This document shows, in pieces, positions 26,001 to 38,000 of a stretch of 64,000 bases of DNA. Within the stretch, counting starts at the first letter, position 1, and each line of letters opens with the position of its first letter. The notes beneath the pieces were generated by a model that made no database searches, was not told the origin of the DNA, and saw nothing but the letters and a program-made list of their open reading frames with translations. Made by a program: the position numbers and the translations under genes. The stretch comes from Rebecca billardiae RCC1528 (Eukaryota > Protista > Haptophyta). The stretch covers positions 1,488,001 through 1,552,000 of the forward strand of contig OZ251234.1 of NCBI GenBank assembly GCA_965240325.2, written 5' to 3'.

Positions 26001-29000
26001 GGGCTTGGTGGCGGGCTAGGTGGCGGTGACGGAGGCGGGCTCGGCGGTGGTGATGGCGGTGGCGACGGCGGTGGCGAGGGCGGTGGGCTCGGCGGCGGTG
26101 ACGGCGGTGGTGACGGCGGTGGCGAAGGGGGCGGACTCGGCGGTGGGCTCGGTGGCGGTGGGGACGGCGGTGGTGACGGCGGTGGGCTCGGCGGAGGACT
26201 TGGTGGCGGCGATGGCGGCGGGCTCGGAGGCGGTGACGGCGGCGGCGATGGAGGGGGGCTTGGCGGCGGCGGACTCGGCGGCGGGCTCGGCGGTGGCGAC
26301 GGCGGCGGGCTCGGCGGCGGGCTTGGAGGCGGGCTGGGCGGCGGCGACGGTGGCGGACTCGGTGGCGGCGATGGCGGTGGCGGCGATGGCGGTGGGGACG
26401 GTGGCGGGCTTGGTGGCGGCGACGGCGGCGGGCTTGGTGGCGGGCTAGGTGGCGGTGACGGAGGCGGGCTCGGCGGTGGTGATGGCGGTGGCGAGGGCGG
26501 TGGCGAGGGTGGTGGGCTCGGCGGCGGTGACGGCGGTGGTGACGGCGGTGGCGAGGGGGGCGGACTCGGCGGTGGGCTCGGTGGCGGTGGCGACGGCGGT
26601 GGCGACGGCGGTGGGCTCGGCGGTGGCGAGGGTGGCGGTGATGGTGGCGGGCTCGGAGGCGGTGACGGGGGTGGTGATGGCGGTGGGCTTGGCGGCGGCG
26701 GACTCGGCGGCGGGCTAGGCGGTGGCGATGGTGGCGGGCTCGGCGGCGGGCTCGGAGGCGGGCTGGGCGGCGGCGACGGTGGCGGACTCGGTGGCGGCGA
26801 TGGCGGTGGCGGCGATGGCGGTGGCGACGGAGGCGGGCTCGGTGGCGGCGATGGTGGCGGGCTTGGTGGTGGGCTGGGTGGTGGTGACGGCGGTGGGCTC
26901 GGCGGTGGTGACGGTGGCGGCGAGGGCGGTGGCGAAGGCGGTGGCGAGGGCGGCGGGCTTGGTGGCGGTGGGCTCGGCGGTGGCGACGGCGGTGGGCTTG
27001 GCGGTGGCGAGGGCGGCGGCGATGGTGGCGGGCTCGGTGGCGGCGATGGCGGTGGTGATGGCGGTGGGCTCGGCGGCGGCGGGCTCGGTGGCGGCGATGG
27101 TGGCGGCGACGGCGGGGGGCTCGGCGGCGGGCTCGGCGGCGGGGAGGGCGGTGGGCTGGGCGGCGGCGATGGTGGCGGGCTTGGCGGCGGGCTGGGCGGT
27201 GGCGACGGCGGCGGGCTGGGCGGTGGCGATGGCGGTGGCGGCGATGGCGGTGGGGACGGTGGTGGGCTTGGCGGCGGCGAGGGTGGCGGGCTTGGTGGTG
27301 GGCTTGGTGGCGGTGAGGGTGGTGGGCTCGGCGGAGGTGACGGCGGTGGCGACGGCGGTGGCGATGGCGGCGGTGACGGCGGTGGTGACGGCGGTGGTGA
27401 CGGCGGTGGCGAAGGCGGCGGGCTCGGTGGTGGACTTGGTGGCGGGGGGCTGGGTGGTGGCGAGGGCGGTGGGCTTGGCGGTGGACTCGGCGGCGGCGAT
27501 GGTGGCGGACTTGGTGGCGGCGATGGCGGTGGTGATGGCGGTGGACTCGGTGGCGGCGGGCTTGGCGGCGGCGATGGCGGTGGCGACGGCGGCGGGCTCG
27601 GCGGCGGGCTCGGCGGCGGGCTGGGTGGCGGAGACGGTGGTGGGCTCGGCGGCGGCGATGGCGGGGGCGGCGATGGCGGGGGCGACGGAGGTGGGCTCGG
27701 TGGCGGAGATGGTGGAGGGCTGGGTGGCGGGCTGGGTGGTGGTGACGGCGGCGGGCTCGGCGGTGGTGACGGCGGTGGTGAGGGCGGTGGTGAGGGCGGT
27801 GGGCTCGGCGGTGGACTTGGTGGCGGTGGTGACGGCGGTGGCGAGGGCGGTGGGCTTGGTGGTGGACTGGGTGGCGGCGATGGTGGCGGGCTCGGCGGCG
27901 GCGACGGCGGTGGCGATGGCGGTGGGCTCGGTGGTGGCGGGCTCGGCGGCGGCGACGGTGGTGGCGATGGCGGTGGACTCGGTGGCGGGCTTGGCGGTGG
28001 GGAGGGCGGTGGCGATGGCGGCGGGCTGGGTGGCGGGCTGGGTGGCGGGCTGGGCGGCGGAGACGGTGGTGGGCTCGGCGGCGGCGATGGCGGTGGCGGC
28101 GATGGCGGGGGCGACGGAGGTGGGCTCGGTGGCGGAGATGGTGGAGGGCTGGGTGGCGGGCTGGGTGGTGGTGACGGCGGCGGGCTCGGCGGTGGTGACG
28201 GCGGTGGTGAGGGCGGTGGTGAGGGCGGTGGGCTCGGCGGTGGACTTGGTGGCGGTGGTGACGGCGGTGGCGAGGGCGGTGGGCTTGGTGGTGGACTGGG
28301 TGGCGGCGATGGTGGCGGGCTCGGCGGCGGCGACGGCGGTGGCGATGGCGGTGGGCTCGGTGGTGGCGGGCTCGGCGGCGGCGACGGTGGTGGCGATGGC
28401 GGTGGACTCGGTGGCGGGCTTGGCGGTGGGGAGGGCGGTGGCGATGGCGGCGGGCTGGGTGGCGGGCTGGGTGGCGGGCTGGGCGGCGGAGACGGTGGTG
28501 GGCTCGGCGGCGGCGATGGCGGTGGCGGCGATGGTGGTGGCGACGGAGGCGGGCTCGGTGGCGGCGATGGTGGCGGGCTTGGTGGTGGGCTGGGTGGTGG
28601 TGACGGCGGCGGGCTCGGCGGTGGTGACGGCGGTGGTGACGGCGGTGGCGAGGGCGGCGGGTTCGGCGGTGGGCTCGGTGGCGGTGGGCTCGGCGGTGGC
28701 GACGGCGGTGGGCTTGGTGGTGGACTTGGTGGTGGTGATGGTGGCGGGCTCGGCGGCGGTGACGGCGGTGGTGATGGGGGTGGGCTTGGTGGCGGCGGGC
28801 TTGGCGGCGGCGATGGCGGCGGCGACGGCGGTGGGCTCGGCGGCGGGCTCGGCGGCGGGAAGGGCGGTGGGCTGGGCGGCGGCGACGGTGGCGGGCTGGG
28901 CGGCGGGCTGGGCGGCGGCGACGGTGGCGGACTCGGTGGTGGCGATGGCGGTGGCGGCGATGGTGGTGGCGACGGAGGCGGGCTCGGTGGTGGAGATGGT

Positions 29001-32000
29001 GGTGGGCTGGGTGGCGGGCTGGGTGGTGGTGACGGCGGCGGGCTCGGCGGTGGGCTTGGTGGCGGTGGGCTCGGTGGTGGCGAGGGCGGCGGGCTCGGCG
29101 GTGGACTTGGTGGCGGTGATGGTGGCGGGCTCGGCGGCGGCGATGGTGGCGGTGACGGTGGTGGGCTCGGCGGCGGCGGGCTCGGTGGCGGTGATGGTGG
29201 CGGCGACGGCGGCGGACTCGGTGGTGGGCTTGGGGGCGGGGAGGGCGGTGGTGACGGTGGTGGGCTGGGCGGCGGGCTAGGCGGCGGATTGGGTGGTGGC
29301 GACGGCGGCGGGCTCGGTGGGGGCGACGGCGGTGGTGGCGAGGGGGGCGGGGAGGGTGGAGGGCTCGGTGGCGGAGACGGTGGTGGCGATGGCGGTGGGC
29401 TTGGTGGCGGGCTCGGGGGTGGGCTCGGTGGCGGTGAGGGCGGTGGTGAGGGCGGTGGTGAGGGCGGCGGGCTTGGCGGCGGGCTTGGCGGCGGCGGACT
29501 GGGCGGCGGCGAGGGTGGTGGGCTGGGCGGTGGACTCGGAGGTGGTGACGGCGGTGGGCTGGGCGGCGGCAATGGCGGTGGCGATGGCGGTGGTGACGGC
29601 GGCGGTGGGCTCGGTGGTGGTGATGGCGGCGGTGACGGCGGCGGGCTGGGTGGCGGGCTCGGTGGCGGCGACGGAGGCGGGCCCGGTGGTGGCGATGGCG
29701 GCGGGCTTGGCGGCGGGCTGGGCGGCGGCGACGGGGGCGGGCTCGGGGGTGGCGAAGGCGGTGGCGGCGACGGCGGCGGTGAAGGAGGCGGGTTCGGCGG
29801 CGGCGACGGCGGTGGGCTCGGCGGCGGGCTTGGCGGAGGGCTCGGTGGCGGGCTAGGTGGCGGTGATGGTGGAGGCGAGGGCGGAGGTGAGGGCGGCGGG
29901 CTCGGCGGTGGACTTGGCGGTGGCGGGCTCGGCGGAGGCGAGGGCGGAGGGCTCGGCGGTGGGCTCGGCGGCGGCGATGGCGGTGGGCTCGGTGGTGGTG
30001 ACGGCGGCGGTGACGGTGGCGGGCTTGGCGGCGGCGGGCTTGGTGGCGGCGATGGTGGTGGTGACGGCGGCGGGCTCGGCGGTGGGCTTGGTGGCGGCGA
30101 TGGAGGCGGGCTCGGCGGTGGCGATGGTGGCGGGCTTGGTGGTGGGCTCGGTGGTGGCGAGGGCGGCGGGCTCGGCGGGGGCGATGGCGGTGGTGGCGAT
30201 GGCGGCGGTGAGGGTGGAGGGCTTGGTGGCGGCGACGGTGGTGGCGATGGTGGCGGGCTTGGTGGCGGGCTCGGCGGTGGGCTTGGTGGCGGCGAGGGCG
30301 GTGGCGAGGGCGGTGGCGAGGGTGGCGGGCTGGGCGGCGGGCTGGGCGGCGGTGGGCTGGGCGGTGGCGAGGGTGGCGGGCTCGGAGGCGGACTGGGTGG
30401 TGGCGAGGGCGGCGGCGAGGGCGGCGGGCTTGGCGGCGGGCTTGGTGGTGGCGAGGGTGGCGGGCTTGGGGGCGGCGAGGGCGGCGGGCTCGGCGGTGGG
30501 CTCGGTGGCGGTGGGCTCGGCGGGGGCGAGGGTGGTGGGCTTGGAGGCGGGCTTGGCGGTGGGCTTGGCGGTGGGCTTGGCGGCGGGCTCGGCGGTGGGC
30601 TGGGGGGCGGCGATGGCGGTGGCGGCGACGGCGGCGGCGACGGTGGTGGGCTGGGTGGCGGACCAGGCGGCGGACTGGGCGGCGGGCTGGGCGGCGGGGA
30701 CGGTGGGGGGCTCGGTGGCGGCGAGGGCGGTGGCGAGGGGGGTGGCGAGGGCGGCGGGCTGGGCGGTGGGCTGGGCGGCGGTGGGCTAGGCGGAGGCGAG
30801 GGTGGTGGGCTCGGTGGCGGGCTTGGTGGCGGGGATGGCGGTGGGCTCGGTGGTGGCGACGGCGGTGGAGACGGCGGCGGGCTTGGTGGAGGTGGGCTGG
30901 GCGGGGGGCTCGGTGGCGGGGACGGAGGTGGGCTGGGCGGAGGCGATGGCGGCGGGCTCGGCGGCGGGCTTGGCGGCGGGCTCGGCGGTGGGCTCGGTGG
31001 CGGGCTCGGCGGCGGTGAGGGCGGGGGCGAGGGCGGAGGACTCGGAGGGGGCGGCGACGGAGGTGGACTGGGTGGTGGGCTTGGCGGCGGACTTGGCGGT
31101 GGCGAGGGCGGTGGGCTGGGAGGCGGTGACGGCGGTGGCGATGGTGGTGGACTGGGCGGCGGCGGGCTTGGTGGCGGTGATGGCGGCGGGCTAGGGGGTG
31201 GGGACGGCGGCGGCGATGGAGGCGGGCTGGGTGGTGGGCTTGGTGGAGGGCTCGGCGGCGGACTCGGCGGCGGCGGGCTTGGGGGCGGGGATGGTGGCGG
31301 CGATGGCGGTGGGCTTGGTGGCGGACTCGGCGGCGGGCTCGGCGGTGGGCTTGGTGGCGGGCTTGGTGGCGGGCTTGGTGGCGGTGGGCTCGGCGGTGGG
31401 GATGGAGGGGGGCTCGGTGGTGGGCCTGGCGGCGGCGAGGGCGGTGGCGACGGCGGCGGACTGGGCGGCGGTGAGGGCGGTGGTGAGGGCGGCGGTGAAG
31501 GCGGTGGCGAGGGTGGAGGGCTCGGAGGCGGGCTTGGAGGCGGTGGGCTCGGTGGTGGGCTCGGTGGTGGCGAGGGCGGTGGCGAGGGCGGTGGCGACGG
31601 AGGCGGTGGGCTCGGCGGCGGCGATGGCGGTGGGCTCGGCGGTGGGCTCGGCGGTGGGCTCGGTGGCGGGCTTGGAGGTGGCGATGGTGGTGGCGACGGC
31701 GGTGGCGATGGCGGCGGACCGGGCGGTGGCGATGGCGGCGGCGATGGAGGCGGGCTGGGAGGCGGTGGTGATGGCGGCGGTGAAGGCGGCGGACTGGGGG
31801 GCGGCGATGGCGGCGGTGACGGCGGTGGGCTGGGCGGCGGGCTGGGCGGCGGGCTGGGCGGCGGGCTTGGTGGGGGCGGGCTTGGGGGCGGGCTGGGCGG
31901 CGGGCTCGGCGGCGGGCTGGGCGGCGGGCTCGGCGGTGGGCTCGGTGGCGGGCTCGGCGGTGGCGAGGGCGGTGGGCTTGGCGGTGGCGGGCTCGGCGGT

Positions 32001-35000
32001 GGCGATGGCGGTGGGCTCGGTGGCGGGCTCGGCGGCGGGCTCGGCGGTGGGCTCGGCGGCGGCGATGGTGGAGGGCTCGGCGGCGGCGAGGGCGGCGGGC
32101 TCGGAGGTGGGGAGGGTGGCGGCGATGGCGGTGGGCTTGGCGGCGGAGGTGACGGCGGCGGGCTAGGTGGCGGGCTTGGCGGCGGCGACGGTGGAGGACT
32201 TGGCGGTGGGCTCGGTGGCGGACTCGGCGGCGGGCTTGGCGGCGGCGAGGGTGGTGGTGGGCTGGGTGGCGGCGAAGGCGGTGGGCTTGGTGGAGGGCTC
32301 GGCGGCGGGCTCGGCGGCGGCGATGGCGGCGGGCTCGGCGGCGGGCTGGGCGGCGGGCTCGGCGGAGGACTTGGTGGTGGCGATGGCGGAGGGCTTGGTG
32401 GTGGCGAGGGCGGCGGAGGCGAGGGCGGTGGGCTCGGCGGCGGGTTCGGTGGTGGGCTCGGCGGCGGGCTCGGCGGTGGGCTCGGCGGCGGCGATGGTGG
32501 AGGGCTCGGCGGCGGCGAGGGCGGCGGGCTCGGAGGTGGGGAGGGTGGCGGCGATGGCGGTGGGCTTGGCGGCGGAGGTGACGGCGGCGGGCTAGGTGGC
32601 GGGCTTGGCGGCGGCGACGGTGGAGGACTTGGCGGTGGGCTCGGTGGCGGACTCGGCGGCGGGCTTGGCGGCGGCGAGGGTGGTGGTGGGCTGGGTGGCG
32701 GCGAAGGCGGTGGGCTTGGTGGAGGGCTCGGCGGCGGGCTCGGCGGCGGCGATGGCGGCGGGCTCGGCGGCGGGCTGGGCGGCGGGCTCGGCGGAGGACT
32801 TGGTGGTGGCGATGGCGGAGGGCTTGGTGGTGGCGAGGGCGGCGGAGGCGAGGGCGGTGGGCTCGGCGGCGGGCTCGGTGGCGGGCTCGGCGGCGGGCTC
32901 GGCGGTGGGCTCGGCGGCGGCGATGGTGGAGGGCTCGGCGGCGGCGAGGGCGGCGGGCTCGGAGGTGGGGAGGGTGGCGGCGATGGCGGTGGGCTTGGCG
33001 GCGGAGGTGACGGCGGCGGGCTAGGTGGCGGGCTTGGCGGCGGCGACGGTGGAGGACTTGGCGGTGGGCTCGGTGGCGGACTCGGCGGCGGGCTTGGCGG
33101 CGGCGAGGGTGGTGGTGGGCTGGGTGGCGGCGAAGGCGGTGGGCTTGGTGGAGGGCTCGGCGGCGGGCTCGGCGGCGGGCTCGGCGGCGGGCTCGGCGGC
33201 GGGCTGGGCGGCGGGCTCGGCGGAGGACTTGGTGGTGGCGATGGCGGAGGGCTTGGTGGTGGCGAGGGCGGCGGAGGCGAGGGCGGTGGGCTCGGCGGCG
33301 GGCTCGGTGGCGGGCTCGGCGGCGGGCTCGGCGGTGGGCTCGGCGGCGGCGATGGTGGAGGGCTCGGCGGCGGCGAGGGCGGCGGGCTCGGAGGTGGGGA
33401 GGGTGGCGGCGATGGCGGTGGGCTTGGCGGCGGAGGTGACGGCGGCGGGCTAGGTGGCGGGCTTGGCGGCGGCGACGGTGGAGGACTTGGCGGTGGGCTC
33501 GGTGGCGGACTCGGCGGCGGGCTTGGCGGCGGCGAGGGTGGTGGTGGGCTGGGTGGCGGCGAAGGCGGTGGGCTTGGTGGAGGGCTCGGCGGCGGGCTCG
33601 GCGGCGGGCTCGGCGGCGGGCTCGGCGGCGGGCTGGGCGGCGGGCTCGGCGGAGGGCTTGGTGGTGGCGATGGCGGAGGGCTTGGTGGTGGCGATGGCGG
33701 CGGAGGCGAGGGCGGTGGGCTCGGCGGCGGGCTCGGCGGCGGGCTCGGTGGCGGGCTCGGCGGCGGGTTTGGCGGTGGCGATGGCGGTGGGCTTGGTGGC
33801 GGGCTGGGTGGCGGAGGGCTCGGAGGTGGGCTTGGTGGTGGGCTCGGTGGCGGCGATGGCGGTGGGCTTGGCGGTGGGCTCGGCGGTGGGCTCGGCGGCG
33901 GCGACGGGGGTGGCGACGGCGGCGGCGGAGACGGCGGTGGGCTGGGCGGCGGGTTTGGAGGTGGGCTTGGCGGAGGGCTTGGCGGCGGTGGGCTCGGTGG
34001 CGGGGACGGCGGCGGCGAGGGTGGTGGGGACGGCGGCGGGCTCGGTGGCGGGCTCGGCGGTGGGCTCGGCGGTGGCGATGGAGGTGGGCTCGGTGGTGGC
34101 GGGCTTGGCGGCGGTGACGGTGGCGGGCTCGGCGGTGGCGACGGCGGCGGGCTTGGTGGCGGGGGCGAGGGCGGCGGTGAGGGCGGCGGTGAGGGCGGCG
34201 GCGAGGGCGGTGGCGAGGGCGGCGGGCTCGGCGGCGGGCTGGGTGGGGGGCTCGGTGGGGGGCTCGGCGGCGGCGGGCTTGGCGGAGGCGACGGCGGTGG
34301 GCTTGGCGGCGGCGAGGGAGGTGGGCTTGGCGGCGGCGGCGACGGCGGGGGCGATGGTGGAGGCGAGGGCGGTGGCGAGGGCGGCGGCGAGGGCGGCGGG
34401 CTGGGAGGCGGGCTCGGCGGTGGGCTTGGTGGCGGGCTTGGCGGTGGCGGGCTTGGTGGGGGCGACGGCGGAGGGCTGGGCGGTGGTGATGGTGGTGGGC
34501 TCGGCGGCGGCGGGCTTGGCGGCGGCGACGGTGGCGGGCTCGGCGGCGGCGATGGTGGCGGGCTTGGCGGTGGGCTCGGCGGGGGTGATGGTGGCGGGCT
34601 CGGCGGGGGCGATGGCGGTGGTGGCGAGGGCGGTGGCGAGGGCGGCGGGCTCGGCGGCGGGAAAGGTGGTGGCGATGGTGGCGGGCTCGGCGGCGGGCTC
34701 GGCGGCGGGCTCGGCGGCGGGCTCGGCGGTGGCGGGCTCGGCGGTGGCGATGGCGGCGGGCTCGGCGGTGGCGATGGCGGCGGGCTTGGCGGCGGCGATG
34801 GTGGCGGGCTTGGCGGCGGCGAGGGCGGAGGCGATGGTGGTGGTGGGCTCGGAGGTGGCGAGGGCGGCGGGCTCGGGGGCGGTGATGGTGGTGGGCTCGG
34901 TGGCGGAGACGGCGGGGGGCTCGGCGGCGGCGAGGGCGGCGGTGACGGTGGCGGGGGCGAGGGCGGGGGTGAGGGAGGCGGCGAGGGCGGCGGCGAGGGC

Positions 35001-38000
35001 GGCGGGCTCGGTGGCGGGCGTGGAGGGGGGCTGGGTGGCGGGCTTGGCGGAGGGCTCGGCGGCGGCGGGCTTGGCGGTGGTGACGGTGGCGGGCTTGGCG
35101 GTGGCGACGGCGGCGGACTAGGTGGTGGTGGTGAGGGCGGCGGCGAGGGCGGCGGTGAGGGCGGCGGTGAGGGCGGCGGCGAGGGTGGCGGGCTGGGCGG
35201 CGGGCTGGGCGGTGGGCTCGGCGGCGGGCTCGGCGGCGGCGGGCTTGGCGGTGGCGAGGGCGGCGGGCTCGGCGGCGGCGATGGCGGTGGGCTCGGCGGC
35301 GGCGAGGGTGGCGGACTTGGTGGCGGCGAGGGTGGCGGCGAGGGTGGCGGTGGGCTCGGCGGTGGCGATGGCGGCGGTGACGGTGGGGGTGACGGTGGCG
35401 GGCTCGGCGGCGGAGACGGCGGCGGGCTCGGTGGTGGCGACGGTGGCGGTGACGGTGGCGGTGGCGAGGGCGGCGGACTCGGCGGCGGCAAGGGCGGTGG
35501 CGAGGGCGGCGGGCTCGGCGGCGGGCTCGGCGGCGGGCTTGGCGGCGGGCTTGGCGGCGGGCTTGGCGGCGGCGGGCTTGGAGGTGGCGAGGGCGGCGGG
35601 CTCGGCGGCGGCGAGGGCGGCGGGCTGGGCGGCGGCGACGGTGGTGGACTTGGCGGCGGCGACGGTGGTGGGCTCGGCGGCGGCGAGGGCGGCGGGCTCG
35701 GCGGCGGCGAAGGCGGTGGGGATGGCGGTGGTGGACTTGGCGGTGGCGACGGCGGCGGGCTCGGTGGCGGTGCCGGCGGTGGGCTCGGCGGCGGCGAGGG
35801 CGGCGGGCTCGGCGGCGGCGAAGGCGGTGGGGATGGCGGTGGTGGTGATGGCGGGGGCGAAGGCGGGGGCGAGGGCGGGGGCGAGGGTGGCGGGCTCGGC
35901 GGCGGGCTTGGAGGCGGGCTGGGCGGCGGGCTGGGCGGTGGGCTTGGTGGTGGCGGGCTCGGCGGCGGTGACGGTGGCGGACTCGGCGGCGGCGACGGCG
36001 GCGGCGACGGCGGCGGTGGTGAGGGCGGAGGCGACGGTGGTGGCGAAGGCGGCGGTGAGGGCGGTGGCGAGGGCGGCGGACTCGGAGGCGGGCTCGGGGG
36101 TGGGCTTGGCGGTGGGCTCGGTGGTGGCGGGCTTGGAGGAGGCGAGGGCGGTGGGCTTGGTGGCGGGGACGGTGGCGGGCTTGGCGGTGGCGAAGGCGGT
36201 GGACTCGGCGGCGGGCTGGGCGGCGGGCTCGGTGGCGGCGGGCTCGGCGGCGGTGACGGTGGCGGGCTCGGCGGCGGCGAGGGCGGTGGGCTTGGCGGTG
36301 GCGGCGAGGGCGGTGGGGAGGGCGGTGGGGAGGGCGGCGGCGAGGGCGGCGGGCTCGGCGGCGGGGAAGGCGGCGGGAAAGGCGGCGGACTCGGCGGCGG
36401 GCTCGGTGGCGGTGGGCTCGGCGGCGGTGACGGTGGCGGGCGTGGCGGCGGCGACGGCGGCGGTGATGGCGGTGGCGGCGATGGCGGCGGCAATGGTGGC
36501 GGTGAGGGCGGCGGTGAGGGCGGTGGAGACGGCGGTGGACTCGGCGGCGGGCTCGGCGGCGGGCTCGGCGGTGGGCTCGGCGGCGGCGGGCTCGGCGGCG
36601 GCGATGGCGGCGGCGATGGCGGCGGTGACGGTGGTGGGCTGGGAGGCGGCGGGCTCGGTGGTGGGCTTGGCGGCGGGCTCGGCGGCGGGCTGGGCGGGGG
36701 CGAGGGCGGCGGGGGCGATGGCGGCGGGCTGGGCGGTGGAGACGGCGGTGGGCTCGGCGGTGGGCTTGGCGGCGGGAACGGCGGAGGGCTTGGCGGGGGT
36801 GATGGCGGCGGGCTGGGCGGCGGTGGGCTTGGTGGCGGGCTCGGTGGTGGGCTCGGTGGCGGGCTCGGGGGCGGCGAAGGCGGCGGCGGGCTGGGCGGCG
36901 GCGAAGGCGGCGGGCTCGGCGGCGGGCTCGGAGGGGGGCTGGGTGGCGGTGAGGGCGGCGGGCTTGGTGGCGGGCTCGGCGGTGGGCTCGGCGGCGGCGG
37001 GCTCGGCGGCGGCGAGGGCGGCGGCGAGGGCGGCGGTGACGGTGGCGGGCTGGGAGGCGGTGGGCTCGGTGGCGGGCTTGGTGGCGGGCTCGGTGGCGGG
37101 CTGGGCGGGGGCGAGGGTGGCGGGTATGGGGGCGGGCTCGGCGGTGGTGAGGGCGGTGCGCCCGGGGGCGGCGGGCTTGGCGGCGGGCTCGGTGGCGGGC
37201 TCGGCGGCGGCGATGGCGGCGGGCTCGGCGGCGGCGATGGCGGCGGGCTCGGTGGAGGGGATGGCGGCGGGTTCGGCGGTGGAGGGCTGGGTGGCGGCGA
37301 GGGCGGTGGGCTCGGCGGCGGGCTCGGCGGCGGTGAAGGAGGCGGCGGGCTCGGAGGCGGACTGGGCGGCGGGCTGGGCGGCCGGGCCGGCGGCGGTGAG
37401 GGCGGTGGTGAGGGCGGTGGTGAGGGCGGTGGGCTTGGCGGCGGGCTCGGTGGCGGCGGGCTTGGTGGCGGCGAAGGCGGCGGCGATGGCGGGGGGCGTG
37501 GGGGCGGGGAAGGCGGCGGCGAGGGCGGCGGGCTCGGTGGCGGGCTGGGCGGTGGCGCGGGCGGCGGCGGACTTGGCGGCGGTGATGGCGGTGGCGAGGG
37601 CGGCGGACTCGGCGGCGGCGACGGTGGTGGTGGGCTTGGTGGCGGGCTTGGTGGCGGGCGTGGTGGCGGGCTCGGCGGCGGTGACGGCGGCGGGCTGGGC
37701 GGCGGTGACGGCGGCGGTGACGGCGGCGGGGATGGTGGCGGGCTCGGTGGCGGAGGGCTCGGCGGAGGCGATGGCGGGGGCGATGGCGGCGGCGACGGTG
37801 GCGGCGACGGCGGAGAAGGCGATGGCGGTGGCGAGGGTGGCGGCGAGGGTGGCGGCGACGGCGGTGGCAACGGCGGCGGCGACGGTGGTGGCGACGGCGG
37901 GGGGCTCGGGGGTGGTGACGGTGGTGGTGATGGCGGCGGCGATGGCGGCGGGCTGGGCGGCGGCGACGGTGGCGGCGGGCTGGGCGGCGGCGATGGCGGT